DNA from: Raillietiella orientalis
Lineage: Eukaryota
DNA length: 64,000 nt
Assembly (NCBI GenBank): GCA_036172245.1
Contig: JAYWIR010000006.1
Span: forward strand, 3,596,001-3,660,000
Reading direction: 5' to 3'
The notes beneath the pieces were generated by a model. The model had not been told where the DNA came from. It did not search any database and worked only from the letters and a program-made list of their open reading frames with translations. Below, piece by piece: positions 38,570 to 50,460 of this stretch. Numbering within the stretch: the stretch's first letter is position 1; every line of letters begins with the position of its first letter. A program made the position numbers and the translations under genes.

Positions 38570-39490
38570 TTATCGCGCGAGGAGAGACTCCTTCGAAGGC
38601 GTTCAAACTCTGCAGTTCACCACCGCTGAAGGCGTTTCTTGGCGGTTTGCAAACTTCCGCCCTTCGGGAGATGACGGTTCCCCGCGCTGCCTGCGAAGAG
38701 TCCTTTCGCAGCCACACTCCCGCTGCATAACCTCACCCTTGTGAGTTCGCAGGGATGATTATTCGAGAAGATGAAGATTTGACAGTTTCAGAAAGAGAGC
38801 AGCTACCGTTTCGCGTGAATTCTTCTTCCTAGAGCGTATCGTCTTCCACGGGACGCATATGAGCCCATTTCCAGATAGCCTTATTTGCCAAGACCTCCCA
38901 TCACATCGCGGACACAACCGTGATCTGCCTCGTAGTAGGTGACGGTCACGGGAAGAAGCGTCACCTGACTTCCCTACTACATTCGTCAGAGGACAGATGG
39001 GAGGGACCACGACAACCCGAGCGAGCGACTGCGAAGACGCCGGCAGTTGGTAGTGGCAGCGGGAGCAAGCGAGGCTAGGTGATCCGGCACCCTAGCTGGT
39101 TCGTGGGAAGGCGAGAAAGGCCGTCACGATGAGGAGGAATGCGCAAAGACGTGCAGAGCCCGCGGCACCCTTCCGCATCAGCTACGGAAAGTACGGCACG
39201 CGAGAATCCACGAAGCGCGCCCGAGGCGATTCGCCCGCCCGCGACTCCCCAACTGGACTCGCTGCTCGTCCCGCGCGAGGCGTCCCAAAGCGCCTGGAGG
39301 AGTACGCTGGCGGGAGGCGCTCCCCTTGCTCCAGCGCTGCCCCACCTGCCTCGCCCCACACGATCCGGTTGCCAACTCGTGGCGCGAGGAGTTGCCGACG
39401 GAATCACGGACGCAAGAAATCTTCTGCACGCCACGTCAACTTGCTGCTGACGCTTTGACCTCTGATGTCCGCCCGACCCAAGCGGCTTCT
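38570..39490 (-). mobile_element. LINE fragment covering the start of the RT domain
   Basis: 39060-39190 is homologous to 31920-32030 (PPHRDGLSR). ICVPWKTI and VAALFL follow. Confidence 0.6.
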
Positions 39491-41456
39491 TGTCCGGGCA
39501 CACCTTCAAGGAATCCCCTGCACGGCGTGGAGACCTCCGCGGGTTTCCTGGACAGCCCCGAAGGGGGCGCATCGAGCGGCCTCCCAGGGAGGCACGTCTG
39601 GCGAATCGGAAAACGGAGAGCCTGCGTTTCCAAATCTGCAGCGGGCAGCCCTCACGTGGCGGCGGACCGCAGCCCGGCACACGTCGAAAGGGCCAACAAC
39701 GGGGATGCTCGCGCCCACTTTCGCCCCATCGAGTCGTCCCACGAACGCTTAGGAACGCCCGTTCAGCAGGGCTGCCCAGGAACATCGGCAGTTGGTGGCA
39801 TTCGACCGGCCTATTCTAGGGATGGTTTCGAAGCTGAAGCCGGGCGGACGGAAGGAGATCGCACCCCCTCCCCAACCCCCCCATCCCACGTGCCCCCCCT
39901 CTTCCCCCCCTCCGGCACTCCGAAACCGCGTCGCCCGGAAGCACGCGGGATCGGAAGAAGCACAGCGGCTGCCCGACACGCCGGCACTTCGCCTCCGCCA
40001 CCCGAAGGGCGATCGTCTCGCGACCTCTGGGGTGTTGGCACGCGGCCAACGATGCAGCGGCGGCGCGGTGAAGGAATCGAGGGTGGCGCGGAGGGGCGGT
40101 CGTGACGTCACGAGCGCCAGCCGGAGAGAACGGCCGGCAACAATGGTGCAGTTTCGGCTCGCCCTGATTATTTTTAGAACGGAAGTTTCTTTGCCAACAG
40201 CGACGACCACGACTATTTTTAGAGTTTCTCGAAGTTTCTCCATCCGAGCGCGTTGTTCCCGCTCCGGCGGCTGCCCGGGCGAAACGTGGAGACGATTGCC
40301 AGGAGACGAGATGGAACAGCAGAGCATTCTGAGGACGCGGCATTTTGTTTCCATCTCACGTGGACGCTAGCAAGCCGATCTACTGGAACAGTCCGCGCGT
40401 CACAGCATGGTCAGAGGGGATTCCTGCCATCATCCCTTGGACGAATCTTCCGTGGGCATCGAAGTGAGAGAAACCAGTGGCCATCGTGGACGTAAATTCA
40501 ATGCGAAAGCCGCCGAACTCTCAATGTAAGACAAAGCGAATCGACGTCGTCGTGCAAGGAGGATTCGCCGCGTTATACGAGGGCTGTACCGCGTGCACGC
40601 GGACTCGCATCTTGCAAAGCCTCCTCGTTCGTACACGGGGGGTCCGCCGTCTATGGGCGTCTCTTTGGCAAGGCTCGTCTATGTAGCAACGCGTGGATTC
40701 GCTCATGCGCATGCGTATCATGTTTTCGATCCCATTTTTTTTTTTCGCCTGCCGTGCGATGTTTCCGATGAAGAGAGGTGCTGCCGTCCGTGGTGGTGAA
40801 CGCGCGCTCTGTTTTCGAATGGCCAGTACACTTCGCAAGCGTGTACTGTACTGGAAATTCCTCCTGCCTCTACGTGAAGTTTGGACTTGCGATTCGTTAC
40901 CAACACCAACGAGCGACATGGAAGCCGATTGCTTGGTCGTTTCCGCCTGAACCAAGCTCGTTCCGATGACGGAAGCGCTCTCGTCCTACGAATGGGGCGA
41001 CCCCATCCACCTCAAACAGCAGCGCCAGTCTTTCAGACGACTCTGGAACTTCCGTCGGGTTCTCCGTCGCCATTCCTAGTGCTCGGAGCTCAGCGATGGC
41101 GAAGATTCAGGCAGTTGGTCACTGCCTCGTGGCTGTTTCCAAAGAAGCGAGAGAGGGTGGGACAGAAGTTCTGACTCTTGATCTTTTGATCGTGCAGGCA
41201 GGTGCAGTGGTGTCCCTGAGAATCCCAACCTGCGTTATCTTTGACTGTGCGTTTCCCGAAGCTACAGGTAGGGATCATAATTGGAATGATAAAGAAGACG
41301 TTTTGGATCTTTCCCTTTCTGCGCTGCGAAGCGTGGAGCCCCTTGAAAGGCCGCTAAGATCAGCGACAAGCAGCATTTTCTGTGATGTGTACGTTATTGT
41401 GCACATGAAAATGAAACGAGTGGGACAGTGAGTTCCGAATGAGGAACACTGTAGCT
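39195..41456. repeat. Right arm of IR2
   Basis: Reverse complement of 28781-31045. Confidence 0.97.
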
Positions 41457-41560
41457 CACCAGAGTTCGCGTGTGCCCACAGCACACATAAGTTCATGATT
41501 CGGTGATTGCGGTGAAGCGGCAGGGACTCTGGTGCCATGTGAATAGAAGAAACACACTGA
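40840..41560 (-). pseudogene. Mariner-type transposase relic (partly duplicated at 28781-29400, + strand)
   Basis: NLCVLWAHANS (NC.IWA.ENP-like), DTTAPACT and HVEAGG occur in order. Confidence 0.4.
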
Positions 41561-42439
41561 AAGGCCTAAGATGGGAGGGGGGGCAGAAAGAGAAATAGGC
41601 AAGCCAACGCGGTCGTGCGACCACGCCACCGACGTGGGTGGCCTCTGACTTCGGGACGCAGAGGAGGAAAGCCAGTCAGTCCGGCGTCTTCGAATGCTGG
41701 GTCCCAAACGGATATGTCAAGAAGCAGATCGAAGTTCTGGAAGGAGGCGGAAAAATGAAGCGTAGCAACTGTCAGATGGACATTTTTTCCGTCGGTATTG
41801 GAAATGGACCTGGATTGATACTACACTTTGATACTACACTTGATTGAAGGACACCAAAGGCATCCCGTCTGCCTGCTCCCTCGTGAGTTTCTTCTTGAAA
41901 CTTTGAAAGCAAATTCGCGGTGGCACGTGTTTTCTTCCGCGTGCCCGAGATGCCGCCGTACCGGAAGATGCGTTCTGTTTCCACGGAATGCTGGAAAGAT
42001 GAGACTTTGCATAAACCACGCACCGCTTCGGAAGCTACCGGAAAAGAGGGAAGGAACTCTTGGATCAGCACGGCTCATCGTTTCGGCGAAGAGGACTAAC
42101 AACTGAAAGAGGAGGCATCTTCGTTTCCGCAGCGGCTCCCAAGGAAAGTCCGAGACGCTCGCTTTTCCGGCAGGAACGAGCAGGCTTGCTCTCGCGTCTT
42201 CCGAACGCTTCCCTCCCGACTGTCCTTCCCCATCTTTCTGGTGGCGAATCTGTGGGAGGTGGCGTTGCAAAATGCGTTGTAGGAGCCGAAACCAGAAGTT
42301 TCGGGCGCGATCGGAGCCTGCTTATCTTCTGTTCGGTCCGGAGTGCTTGCGACAGCTCGAAAAACGAGCACGCGTCTATTCTCATGCATCCCAGGGGATG
42401 CATTTTTTCGGCGGACCAACTGATCTGGCTGGAGCCCGG

Positions 42440-43200
42440 TGAAAATGGAGCAAGAGGGGGGGGGAGCAACCGGCTCTAATTTGGTTCCTCACATCGAAGG
42501 TGAAACGGCGGCCGTTCTCCTCCGGAATCGCGCGAAAAGTCTACGCCAGCTTTTGGAAGTGGCTTTTCACAAGAGTTTCCAGCTGTCGGGTCTTTCTGAA
42601 GCCGCCAGCAATCGTTGGCCATCCCGCCGGTTTGCTCAGCTGCTGATACTTTTCGCATCCCCCGTAGTCAAGTGGCTCAGGTGCGCCGACGGTTTTTCCG
42701 GGAACTCGCTGCTTGCCGCATCGAGGGAATCCGTGCAGACGAGGTGCGCGCCTCTGTCCGGCGTGCGCCACGGCGAACTGGGATTCCCATCATGAGAGCA
42801 GGGAAGCCCATCCCTGTTGTGTACATGCTCGCTGCGTGCCCCTGCGTTCGTGTCAGGTATCCCGAGTCGGGGCTGTGCCTTTCACCGCCCAGCCGCGATG
42901 CCGCACCTTACCGAAGCTCTCCTTCAGGAGCGCCTCGGTACTTCCTTGAGGGAACGGCGATGCACCTCCAGGAACGGGCGGACAGACTCGATGAAGAGCC
43001 GAGAGAGCACGCGCTTGAAAAGCTGGCAAGATCCGCCGTCACCGGACAAATTCCGCTCGTTCCTGCCTAGGATGCGCCCGATTCAGGAAAGAAGTGAATT
43101 CCCCGGTTTTCCTACGCATTTTCCGAGGAACACGAGCCGGGAAGTTCTCCCTTCGAAACGAAGCTTTCCTTGCGACGCACCACCGCTCGTAGCGTCGAGG
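42440..43200 (+). pseudogene. Possible mariner-type transposase relic
   Basis: RRFAQLL, APYRSS..APRYFLEGTAMHLQER (Y..FL...LP.LLEDVPL..R-like) and WQDPPSPD. Confidence 0.33.
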
Positions 43201-43794
43201 AAGTGATCAGTCGAGGAATTCCCGAGCCTCGTCCCTCCTCCAGCCACTTTCTGACATTCATCCTGACCTTTGGTTCCTTTCCCTGTGTTACCTAAACAGT
43301 GATCTTTGAAGTCTCACCCTTCGTTCCCGTCACCTCTGCAGTGCTTGCTGCTTCCCTGCGTTAAAAATTCTTTCCTAACCTGCGTCATCGCTTTTTCCCA
43401 TCTGGACCTTCCCATGTGTTCTTCCCGTGTACGACAGGAATGATTACGAAACCAAAGGCTGATATATAGCAGACCGAGTCGCGAGGATCCAGAAACACTT
43501 ATCAAGACGAACGAAGAGCGAAATTCGAGATCAGGAAGAACACCACACGATGAATTCTTTGCTGCTCTTCACAGTGTGTTGGATGACTCTTTCGAGAGTC
43601 TCTCCATCCCTGCAAACTCCCGTCGATACGTGTGGTAAGAACCATTCTGTTCTCGAACGGGAAAACGGTGTTCGTCTGTGCCCAATGCGTGTGCCTCCCG
43701 GGTGTGAACCAGTTGGGTGCTGCGATCACCTCTCCGTCAGAATGTTTCCATGTGGTTGCCTGTGGGTACTTGCTTCGACCCTCGTTCTTACCCG

Positions 43795-44440
43795 ACCGCG
43801 TCAGAGTCCACGTGTGGCCGCGGTCTCCGCCCGTGGCCACCATCAAACATCACGGGTGCGAGCACTCGGCAAGAATCGACTCCGAGAGATGAGGGTGCGT
43901 CATGGGTTCAGGTCCCCTCCGCAAGATGACGCTGGTTGGCCTCCATTCGGGTGCGGCACTGGTAGCGGTTCAAACGGGATGTCCCCGATGAGTGGCTGGA
44001 ATTGGGAGTCGACCCCCTGGGGCCCTTCCAGGAAACAGAATCAAGGAATGGGTAATTCCCTTCCGGTTGTCCGTACCTTCCCCCCCATGGATGGACCCTC
44101 CGTCTCTCACCACTGAGCTGGTGAATTCATGATGCCTCTCCAGAAAGTGCAAAGAAGCATGCCGCTCCCTTTACAGAGCGTTCTTCCAGAAAATTCGGAA
44201 GCGTCCCTTCGGGGTTCTCTTCAGAAGAGTAAACAGGAGCAGTTCCCTTCCCGGGTTCTCTTCGGAGAAGAAAAAATGGAGCGGACCTCTCCGGGGGTCC
44301 CTCCGGAAAGAATAAGAAAGAAGATTCCCTTGGGGTTCTCTTCGGAGACAACCAGGATGGAGAGGTTTTCCCTTCGAGGATCCCTCACCAGACGTGAGAG
44401 GAACGGACTCCGAACCCTTCCTGGATTCATAGGACGGTCT
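43795..44440 (+). mobile_element. tRNA-derived SINE with ~40-bp tandem tail
   Basis: The family core is present, plus 4-5 units of CCCTTCGGGGTTCTCTTC.GA at 44205-44390. Confidence 0.75.
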
Positions 44441-45099
44441 CCTCTCCCCTATCCTGAAGGATGGCACGCACCTTCAGGTGGCGTGGAACAGCGTCAAAGA
44501 GCTGCGCGAGCCAGGCACGCGACGGTTCTGGAGGTACTCAGCGAACCCTCGTTCTTGGAAGAGAGGGGAAGAGAGGGGACGTTTGAATGACGCCGGTGAA
44601 ATCCAGGCCTCCAGCTCCACCCTCATCAGAAAAGGGAGGAAGAGGAGGGAGGCAGTGGGAAGCGAACCGAAGCCCCAGCATGGTAGAACGCAGGGAGAAT
44701 TGGGATGCGCGTGCAGCATCTGCTTCGGGCTTGGCGCTCTTCCGGCCTCTCCGGGCAGCCTTCCAGACCGCCCACTCTCTCCGGCTGGGTCCGAAGTGCT
44801 TCGAGAACTTGCATCCATGTCAGCCATCACGCTGCCGCTGAGAGTGAACGGATCGCCGGTACCAAACGTCAGAGAGCTGCCTGGCTGCTTGCCGGTGGCT
44901 TCCTTGAGATCGTGAGGACATCGTGCAACCTCATCTTCTTGGTCGCAGCTCGCGGATGAAGCGGAGCAAACGTCGGTCCGCCGCTGGCTGAGAGAAATTC
45001 CGAGCCTCCTCGGGAAGGGGGAAGGAGGGGTGACGAAGCTCTTTGATGCTACCCACGCCACCAGGGGGTGCGTGTCACTCTTCGAGTCGTAGGGGATAA

Positions 45100-45715
45100 C
45101 CCCATAGGGAACCACCTTATGAATCCAGGAAGGGATCCAGAGGAAGGAGCGCGGAATTTCCTCTGACGCTTGGAAGGGAAACCCCGAAGGCAACCCTCGC
45201 CCTCATTCTCTCCGAAGGGACTTCCAGTTTTTAGGCTACTCCTGGAATTCTTTTTCCACAGGGACCCCCCGGAACGGATCCACTCTTGGTTTCCTCCTCT
45301 GGAGAGAACCTGACTCTTCCCGAAGGAAGCAGCGCGCTTTTTGGACACTCTGGGGGGATATCGATCAACAAGTCCCATGGTATGAGATGGAGGGTCCCCC
45401 CCCACGGAGGGAGACAACGGCTCCATGTTCACAACCAGAGGAAGACCCGTTTCCTCGACTCCCGGAAGGACCCCGGAGGGTCAACTTTCAATCCCGGATG
45501 CTCAGTCAACAGGGGCACGTGGTTTTCGGCTGCTTCCACCAGTGCTGCACCCAAAGCCCGTCAGCCAACCAGCACCGTCCTGCAAAGGAAGGGGGAGAGG
45601 ACTCGAAACCCACCATGCACCCCCCGTTCTCGGCGTCGGGCCTTTTTTCCCGGGCGGAATTCGAACCTGGGACATCTGGCCCCACGCGGTGGACGCAGAA
45701 GCCGCGCGGCCGTTT
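45100..45715 (-). mobile_element. tRNA-derived SINE
   Basis: GGTTCGAATTCC B-box, a second GGTTTCGAGTCC, the family core and the tail. Confidence 0.75.
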
Positions 45716-47029
45716 GCATCCGTCCATCTTTCTGCTGATGAGGAAAGCAGGAAGAGGGAGGGCGGCGGAAGCCAACGAGGGGGAGCAGTGGACCTCTCCC
45801 GACGGTCGAGAAAGGATTGCGATGCTGCGGGTTCCTCCTGCTGCAGGTGGTCGCCCATGTGACGTTTCCAACGTACATCCCACGGGGCATTTCCTTTTCT
45901 TTTTTTCCTTTCCACTGAGATGACGTCTGTAAGGGTGTCGCCGATTGCTGGGGTCCGCAGTTCACGACCGTTTCTTCCAGAGAACGCTCCAGCGGAGGTC
46001 CATGTGGACGTTTCGGGATGCAATGAGCCCCCATGCCATCTGGTCAAGAAAACGAACGTGACCATAAAAATCACGTTCGTTTCTGGTGAGTGAGGCAGCG
46101 CTTCGATGGGACCGTCGAGCGCGGTTCCATGCCACCCTCCACTTCCCCGATTCCTTTTCCAGGAATTCCCTTCTCCCAGCTTTACGCAACAGTTTTTGGG
46201 ATCATAGATGGGGTAAAAATTCCGTTCAAAAACATCGAGCCAAACGCCTGCAAGAGAATCGCCGAGGGATGCTCGGACACCCTGGACAAGACTCTGCATT
46301 ACGAGGAACAGATCCCCATCCTGGAATGGTACCCGGACGTGAGTAGTCGCGCTAGGAATTTGGTGTGTGCTCCAAAGCCAAATAGGAGGTCTCCCTGTGG
46401 AGGCGCATCGCGACTCGGAACTCAGCGGCGGCGAAGGCGTTGCTGGGGGAGGAGGAGGAACAAAACTCAGGGCGCTTCCGTGGAAGAAGAAAGGTCGTCT
46501 GGGTGGCACGAAGGGGGCTCAAAGAGGTCGCGGTTTTTCCCTGGCTGCTCCCCTCCATCCTCAACCCCCGTTTCCGCGCGACCCAACCTGCACGCGTAGC
46601 AGTCGCCAGGCGTGCGGCAGCTCGACCGGTTCTCCCGCGAAACGTGGGAACTCGTTCGCCTGCGCACCCACGGGAGCGACGCGCTTCCCCCCCCCCCCCT
46701 TCTCTCTTTCCGCCTTTCCTCAAGGACGGTCGCGAGAGTGCAGAACTTTCGATTTCGACCGCCTTCCGAGAGTGTCCTCCCCCGCGACGTCACGCGTCGT
46801 GAGGGGCGCTGCGCCTGGACCGGAAAGCCGGAAAGCAGCCGGCCGGCCGGCGTCCCCCCTACCGTCTTCACCGTTCCGCTTCGACCCTCCCCGGATGCGT
46901 CTCCGGGAACTTAGGACCGGGAAAAGGAACGTCCTCCGGAATGCCGTCGAGGTACCGGTTCCGCCGCTCAGGGCGCGCAGCCCAAAACCCGTTCCTGTTC
47001 CGCAGCGCGGCCTTCGAGCTGCGGGGAAA

Positions 47030-47445
47030 GGAAGTTCCGGATACTTCTCAGGTGTTCCCGGTGTTTCCCCTATCCTTTCCTCTCGGTCTCCGGGCCGGCT
47101 TCGCTCTCCGGAGGGAGGGGTCATCCCTCTTGCGCTCGGTGGAGAACCCCGGAGGGAACCACCTCTTCCTGATTCTCTCTGTAGAGATCCCCGGTTTGCT
47201 CACCTCCCTGCTCCTCGTTTCTTCTCCGAAGGGAACTCGGAAAGGATCCGCTCCTGGAACTTCCCCTCCGGAGGAGCCTGCAAGGGGACCTCTCCCTGAG
47301 TCCTCCTCTGGAAAGAACCCCTAAGGGAGCCGCGCGCTTCTGGAACACTCTGGATAGACTGTCCCCCGAGAGGGATGTCAACCGGCTCTATGGAGGATCC
47401 TTTCACGAGGGGGGAGGAAAGGACCACTTTTTGCCCGTGGAAGAA
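47030..47445 (-). mobile_element. SINE body/tail fragment
   Basis: It is colinear with 45150-45430 (GCGCGCTT.TGG.ACACTCTGG). Confidence 0.6.
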
Positions 47446-48214
47446 GAAGCAAACAGCCGCTAAGAGTTTGCCGCGCGTCGATAGCCAGAGCTTTACCGGA
47501 AACCAGTGGTTCTTCCGATCCTCTCGGTAGACAGCACCCCCGGAACGCGTTCCGGAACGCCTCACCACCAAGGGAAACGAGAAACGGGATCACTGCGGTG
47601 ACCGTAGCAACGGGAGCAACCTCGGGACAGAGCCGCCTGGTCTCGCATGCAGCGAGCGTCGAAGACCACCACTTCCGCCGGAGCCCGTTACCGGACCTTC
47701 AGCGACGTAAGTGGAGGGGTCGAAAGTCTCGACTAGGGATCTCCCCCTAAACGAAAGAAATGGAAGGAAATGAGGGAGATGACGGAGGTTGGCGCGGCGG
47801 CACCGTCGTGTGAGCATGAGACCGATAGGTGTCTCGAAGACTCACGAGGTGTCACCGCCGCGCTCGCAGAGGAGGAGACTGATTAGGGTGGGAGAGGACG
47901 ACCGTGGACCCCGCTGCGCCGCTTCCAGGAGCAGCGCACCTTTCCCCTTCTTTCCCTTCCTGCAAGAAGCACCCGCCTCGCTCCGGAAGGAGCCGCTCCC
48001 GGCAGGAGGGAAGGAACCATCTAGGCCGGCTCGCTCACCGGCAGCGGACGGGACGGGTCCCGGGTAGAGAGGGCACTCCTCTCGCACTCGGCACGCACGG
48101 AACGCACAGGTGCACGGGGAATGACAGCAGAACCGCCGGACCCCGCTTGACCGTTCGGCGCAGGCAGTTCAGGGCAGCGCCTGTCGCGTTTTTCCGCATC
48201 CGCTGACCCAGGCG

Positions 48215-48790
48215 AGCAACGACCGGATGACGCAAAAATTTCTTCCGCCGTTGCGAGTTCTAATCCCTCCCGGGCGCGGGGAACGGGAGGCTTCGTGAGT
48301 TTCGAACCCCCTCCCCCTTTTCCTCAGGATGACGCTGGTTGGACCACGGACTTCGGATGCGGCATCGGTGGAAGCAGCCGGAAACCCTCGGATGGCCCCG
48401 TTGGCTGACCGGTATCCGAAGTTGGCCCTCCTGGGGAAATTCTGGAATCAAGGAGTGGTTCCCCTCGGCTGTGAAAATGCAGCCGTCTTTCCCTCGGGGG
48501 TGACCCTCTATCGCGCACCATGGAACTGGTTAATACACCTCTCAGGGTTGTCTCTCCAGAATGCAAGAAGAGAGCTGATCCCTTCGGGGTTCTCTTCAGA
48601 GGGGAAAACCAGGAGCGATCCCCTTGAGGATTCCCTCCGAAGAATGAACGGGAGCATCCCCCACAAACCGGGGAGTCCCTACTGAGAAAATAAGGAGGAG
48701 GTTCCCTTCGGGACTCCTCCCCCAAGAGTAGGAGGAAAGGACTACTTCCTCCGGAGCCTTCCTGGACTCACAGGGTGATCCCTCAGGGAC
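48215..48790 (+). mobile_element. tRNA-derived SINE
   Basis: Degenerate B-boxes, the core GATGACGCTGGTTGG and the tandem tail. Confidence 0.75.
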
Positions 48791-48794
48791 GAAG

Positions 48795-50460
48795 GGAGAA
48801 GAAGAAAAGGATGAAGAAATAGAAAAAAAAGAAGAAATAGAAGAGAAATCAGAGTATGAAGAAGGAATAGAAGAAAATAGATCGCTCACTTTTTTTCGCA
48901 AAATTCTTCCGGCCTTACGAGAGGCATCTGTTTCCATAACATCAAAAAACACAGAGAAGAACCACCTCGAAAAAATCAACGAAGACATCATTCCACCTTC
49001 AGTTTTCTTCCCCCCCCCCCCCTTTAAAACAAGGAAAAGAAAAGAAGAAAAAAGTCCCCCCCTAGCTTGAAGAGTGATGCGCACCCTCGAGCGGCGTGGA
49101 CAGAGTCAAAGAGTTTTGTGGGGTCCCCCTGATGCGGATGGTTCTTCATCACTCCATGAGAACCGGGAAGAAAAGAAGATGGGAGGAAAGCAGAGAAAAC
49201 AGGAGAACCCGGAAGGATTCCCACCATCCTTGGCCGATAGAAGGGATCTCCCCGTGGGTTCGCTGCCGGCCTTTACAAAAATGAAAAAAGAGAGAGAGAC
49301 TCGTTCAGCAGCAGAAGACACTTTGGCAAATAAGCCTTTCAGGGCTCCCTCATTAAAAAAAAAAAAAAAGGGGGGGCTCTGGGTACGGACCAAGGCATGT
49401 GGGTTTTCCTTCCGCGTTCGGCATTAGCGGGTGGCTTCCAGAAAACGCTGGCCAACGGGCTCCACCTCTGCCACTCGGAGGATTTCGCGTTGACTGCAGG
49501 GAAAGTTTCGAGCGATTCACGTGACGGAAGGACAAGCGTGACGTCGTCAGCCACAGGCGAGGCTTTCAGTCAGGTGAGCCGGTTCCCATTTCGAGGTCTC
49601 CTCACCACATTGTGGTATATCATGTACATATTAACGTTCTGAACATTCGCGGCACTTGAGGATCGAAGCGTGTCTTCGAGTCTCTCTCGAAAAGAAGTCA
49701 CTTCAAGCGTTCAGTTCAGGCCGGATGTGCCATAAATACGTTATAATAAATAAGAATCGATTGAACATGTTTCGAACATGAATGATGCATTTTAATAACT
49801 ATAGGTTGGATTCAATTCAAAATGTACGAATTCGCTGACACACCATAAAAAAACACGAAGCGACCATCTTTCGTCCCCGTGTGCCCCCGGTTTCGCTCCT
49901 CGGAATCTCGAGATGAAACTCGGGAACGAAAAAGAAGGCGAATATACCCATTTCTATTACCTACTGGCAAACCGTGAAAATAGGAGTGGTCAAGTTTCTC
50001 AGGCGCACTCGCTGAGGAAGCTTTCTTTTCCGGCAAGCCCTCCAGTTCGCGTGCATCGACAGCATTCCGAAAAGCATCCGGCTTCCTTAGCATCCTCTTC
50101 CTTGAACTCGAATTCGAAATGTCCCCATTCCATTTCCGACCTGGATACACTGGAAAGGATCAGTCACGCGTTAGACCCCGATAACCTCTCTTTTTTTGAG
50201 GGTAGGGGTGGGGTGGAAACTGGTGGTGGATGATATCTTCGTTGATTTGTTCGAGGTGGTTCCTCTCTGTGTTTTTCGATGTCATGGAAACAGAAGCCTC
50301 TCTTGAGGCTGAAAAAATTTTGCCAAAAAAAAGTAACCGATCCATTTTCTTCTCCTATTTTCTCTTGCTATTCTTTCATTTATCTCTCTTCCAATTCTTC
50401 CTCTTTTTCTATTTCTTCTAATTTTTCTTCTATTTCTCTTCTTCCTTTTCTTCTTCTCTT
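48795..50460. repeat. Diverged inverted repeat pair 48795-49030 / 50187-50460
   Basis: Both arms share CTGTTTCCAT.ACATC.AAAAACACAGAGA.GAACCACCTCGAA.AAATCAACGAAGA.ATCAT and an outer GAA-rich tract, in opposite orientation. Confidence 0.88.

Noticed and set aside
44205..44390. CRISPR-like periodic repeats
   Set aside because: These are degenerate tandem units of the SINE tail, with no unique spacers and no cas genes, in a eukaryotic context.
45725..45755. Hammerhead-like CTGATGA...GAAA
   Set aside because: There is no stem II and no cleavage-site helix; it is a simple hairpin.
46090..46340. VFGIIDGVKIPF (Harbinger-like) on + and QGVRASLGDSLA (RT-like) on -
   Set aside because: These are two incompatible single-motif resemblances with no supporting neighbouring motifs.
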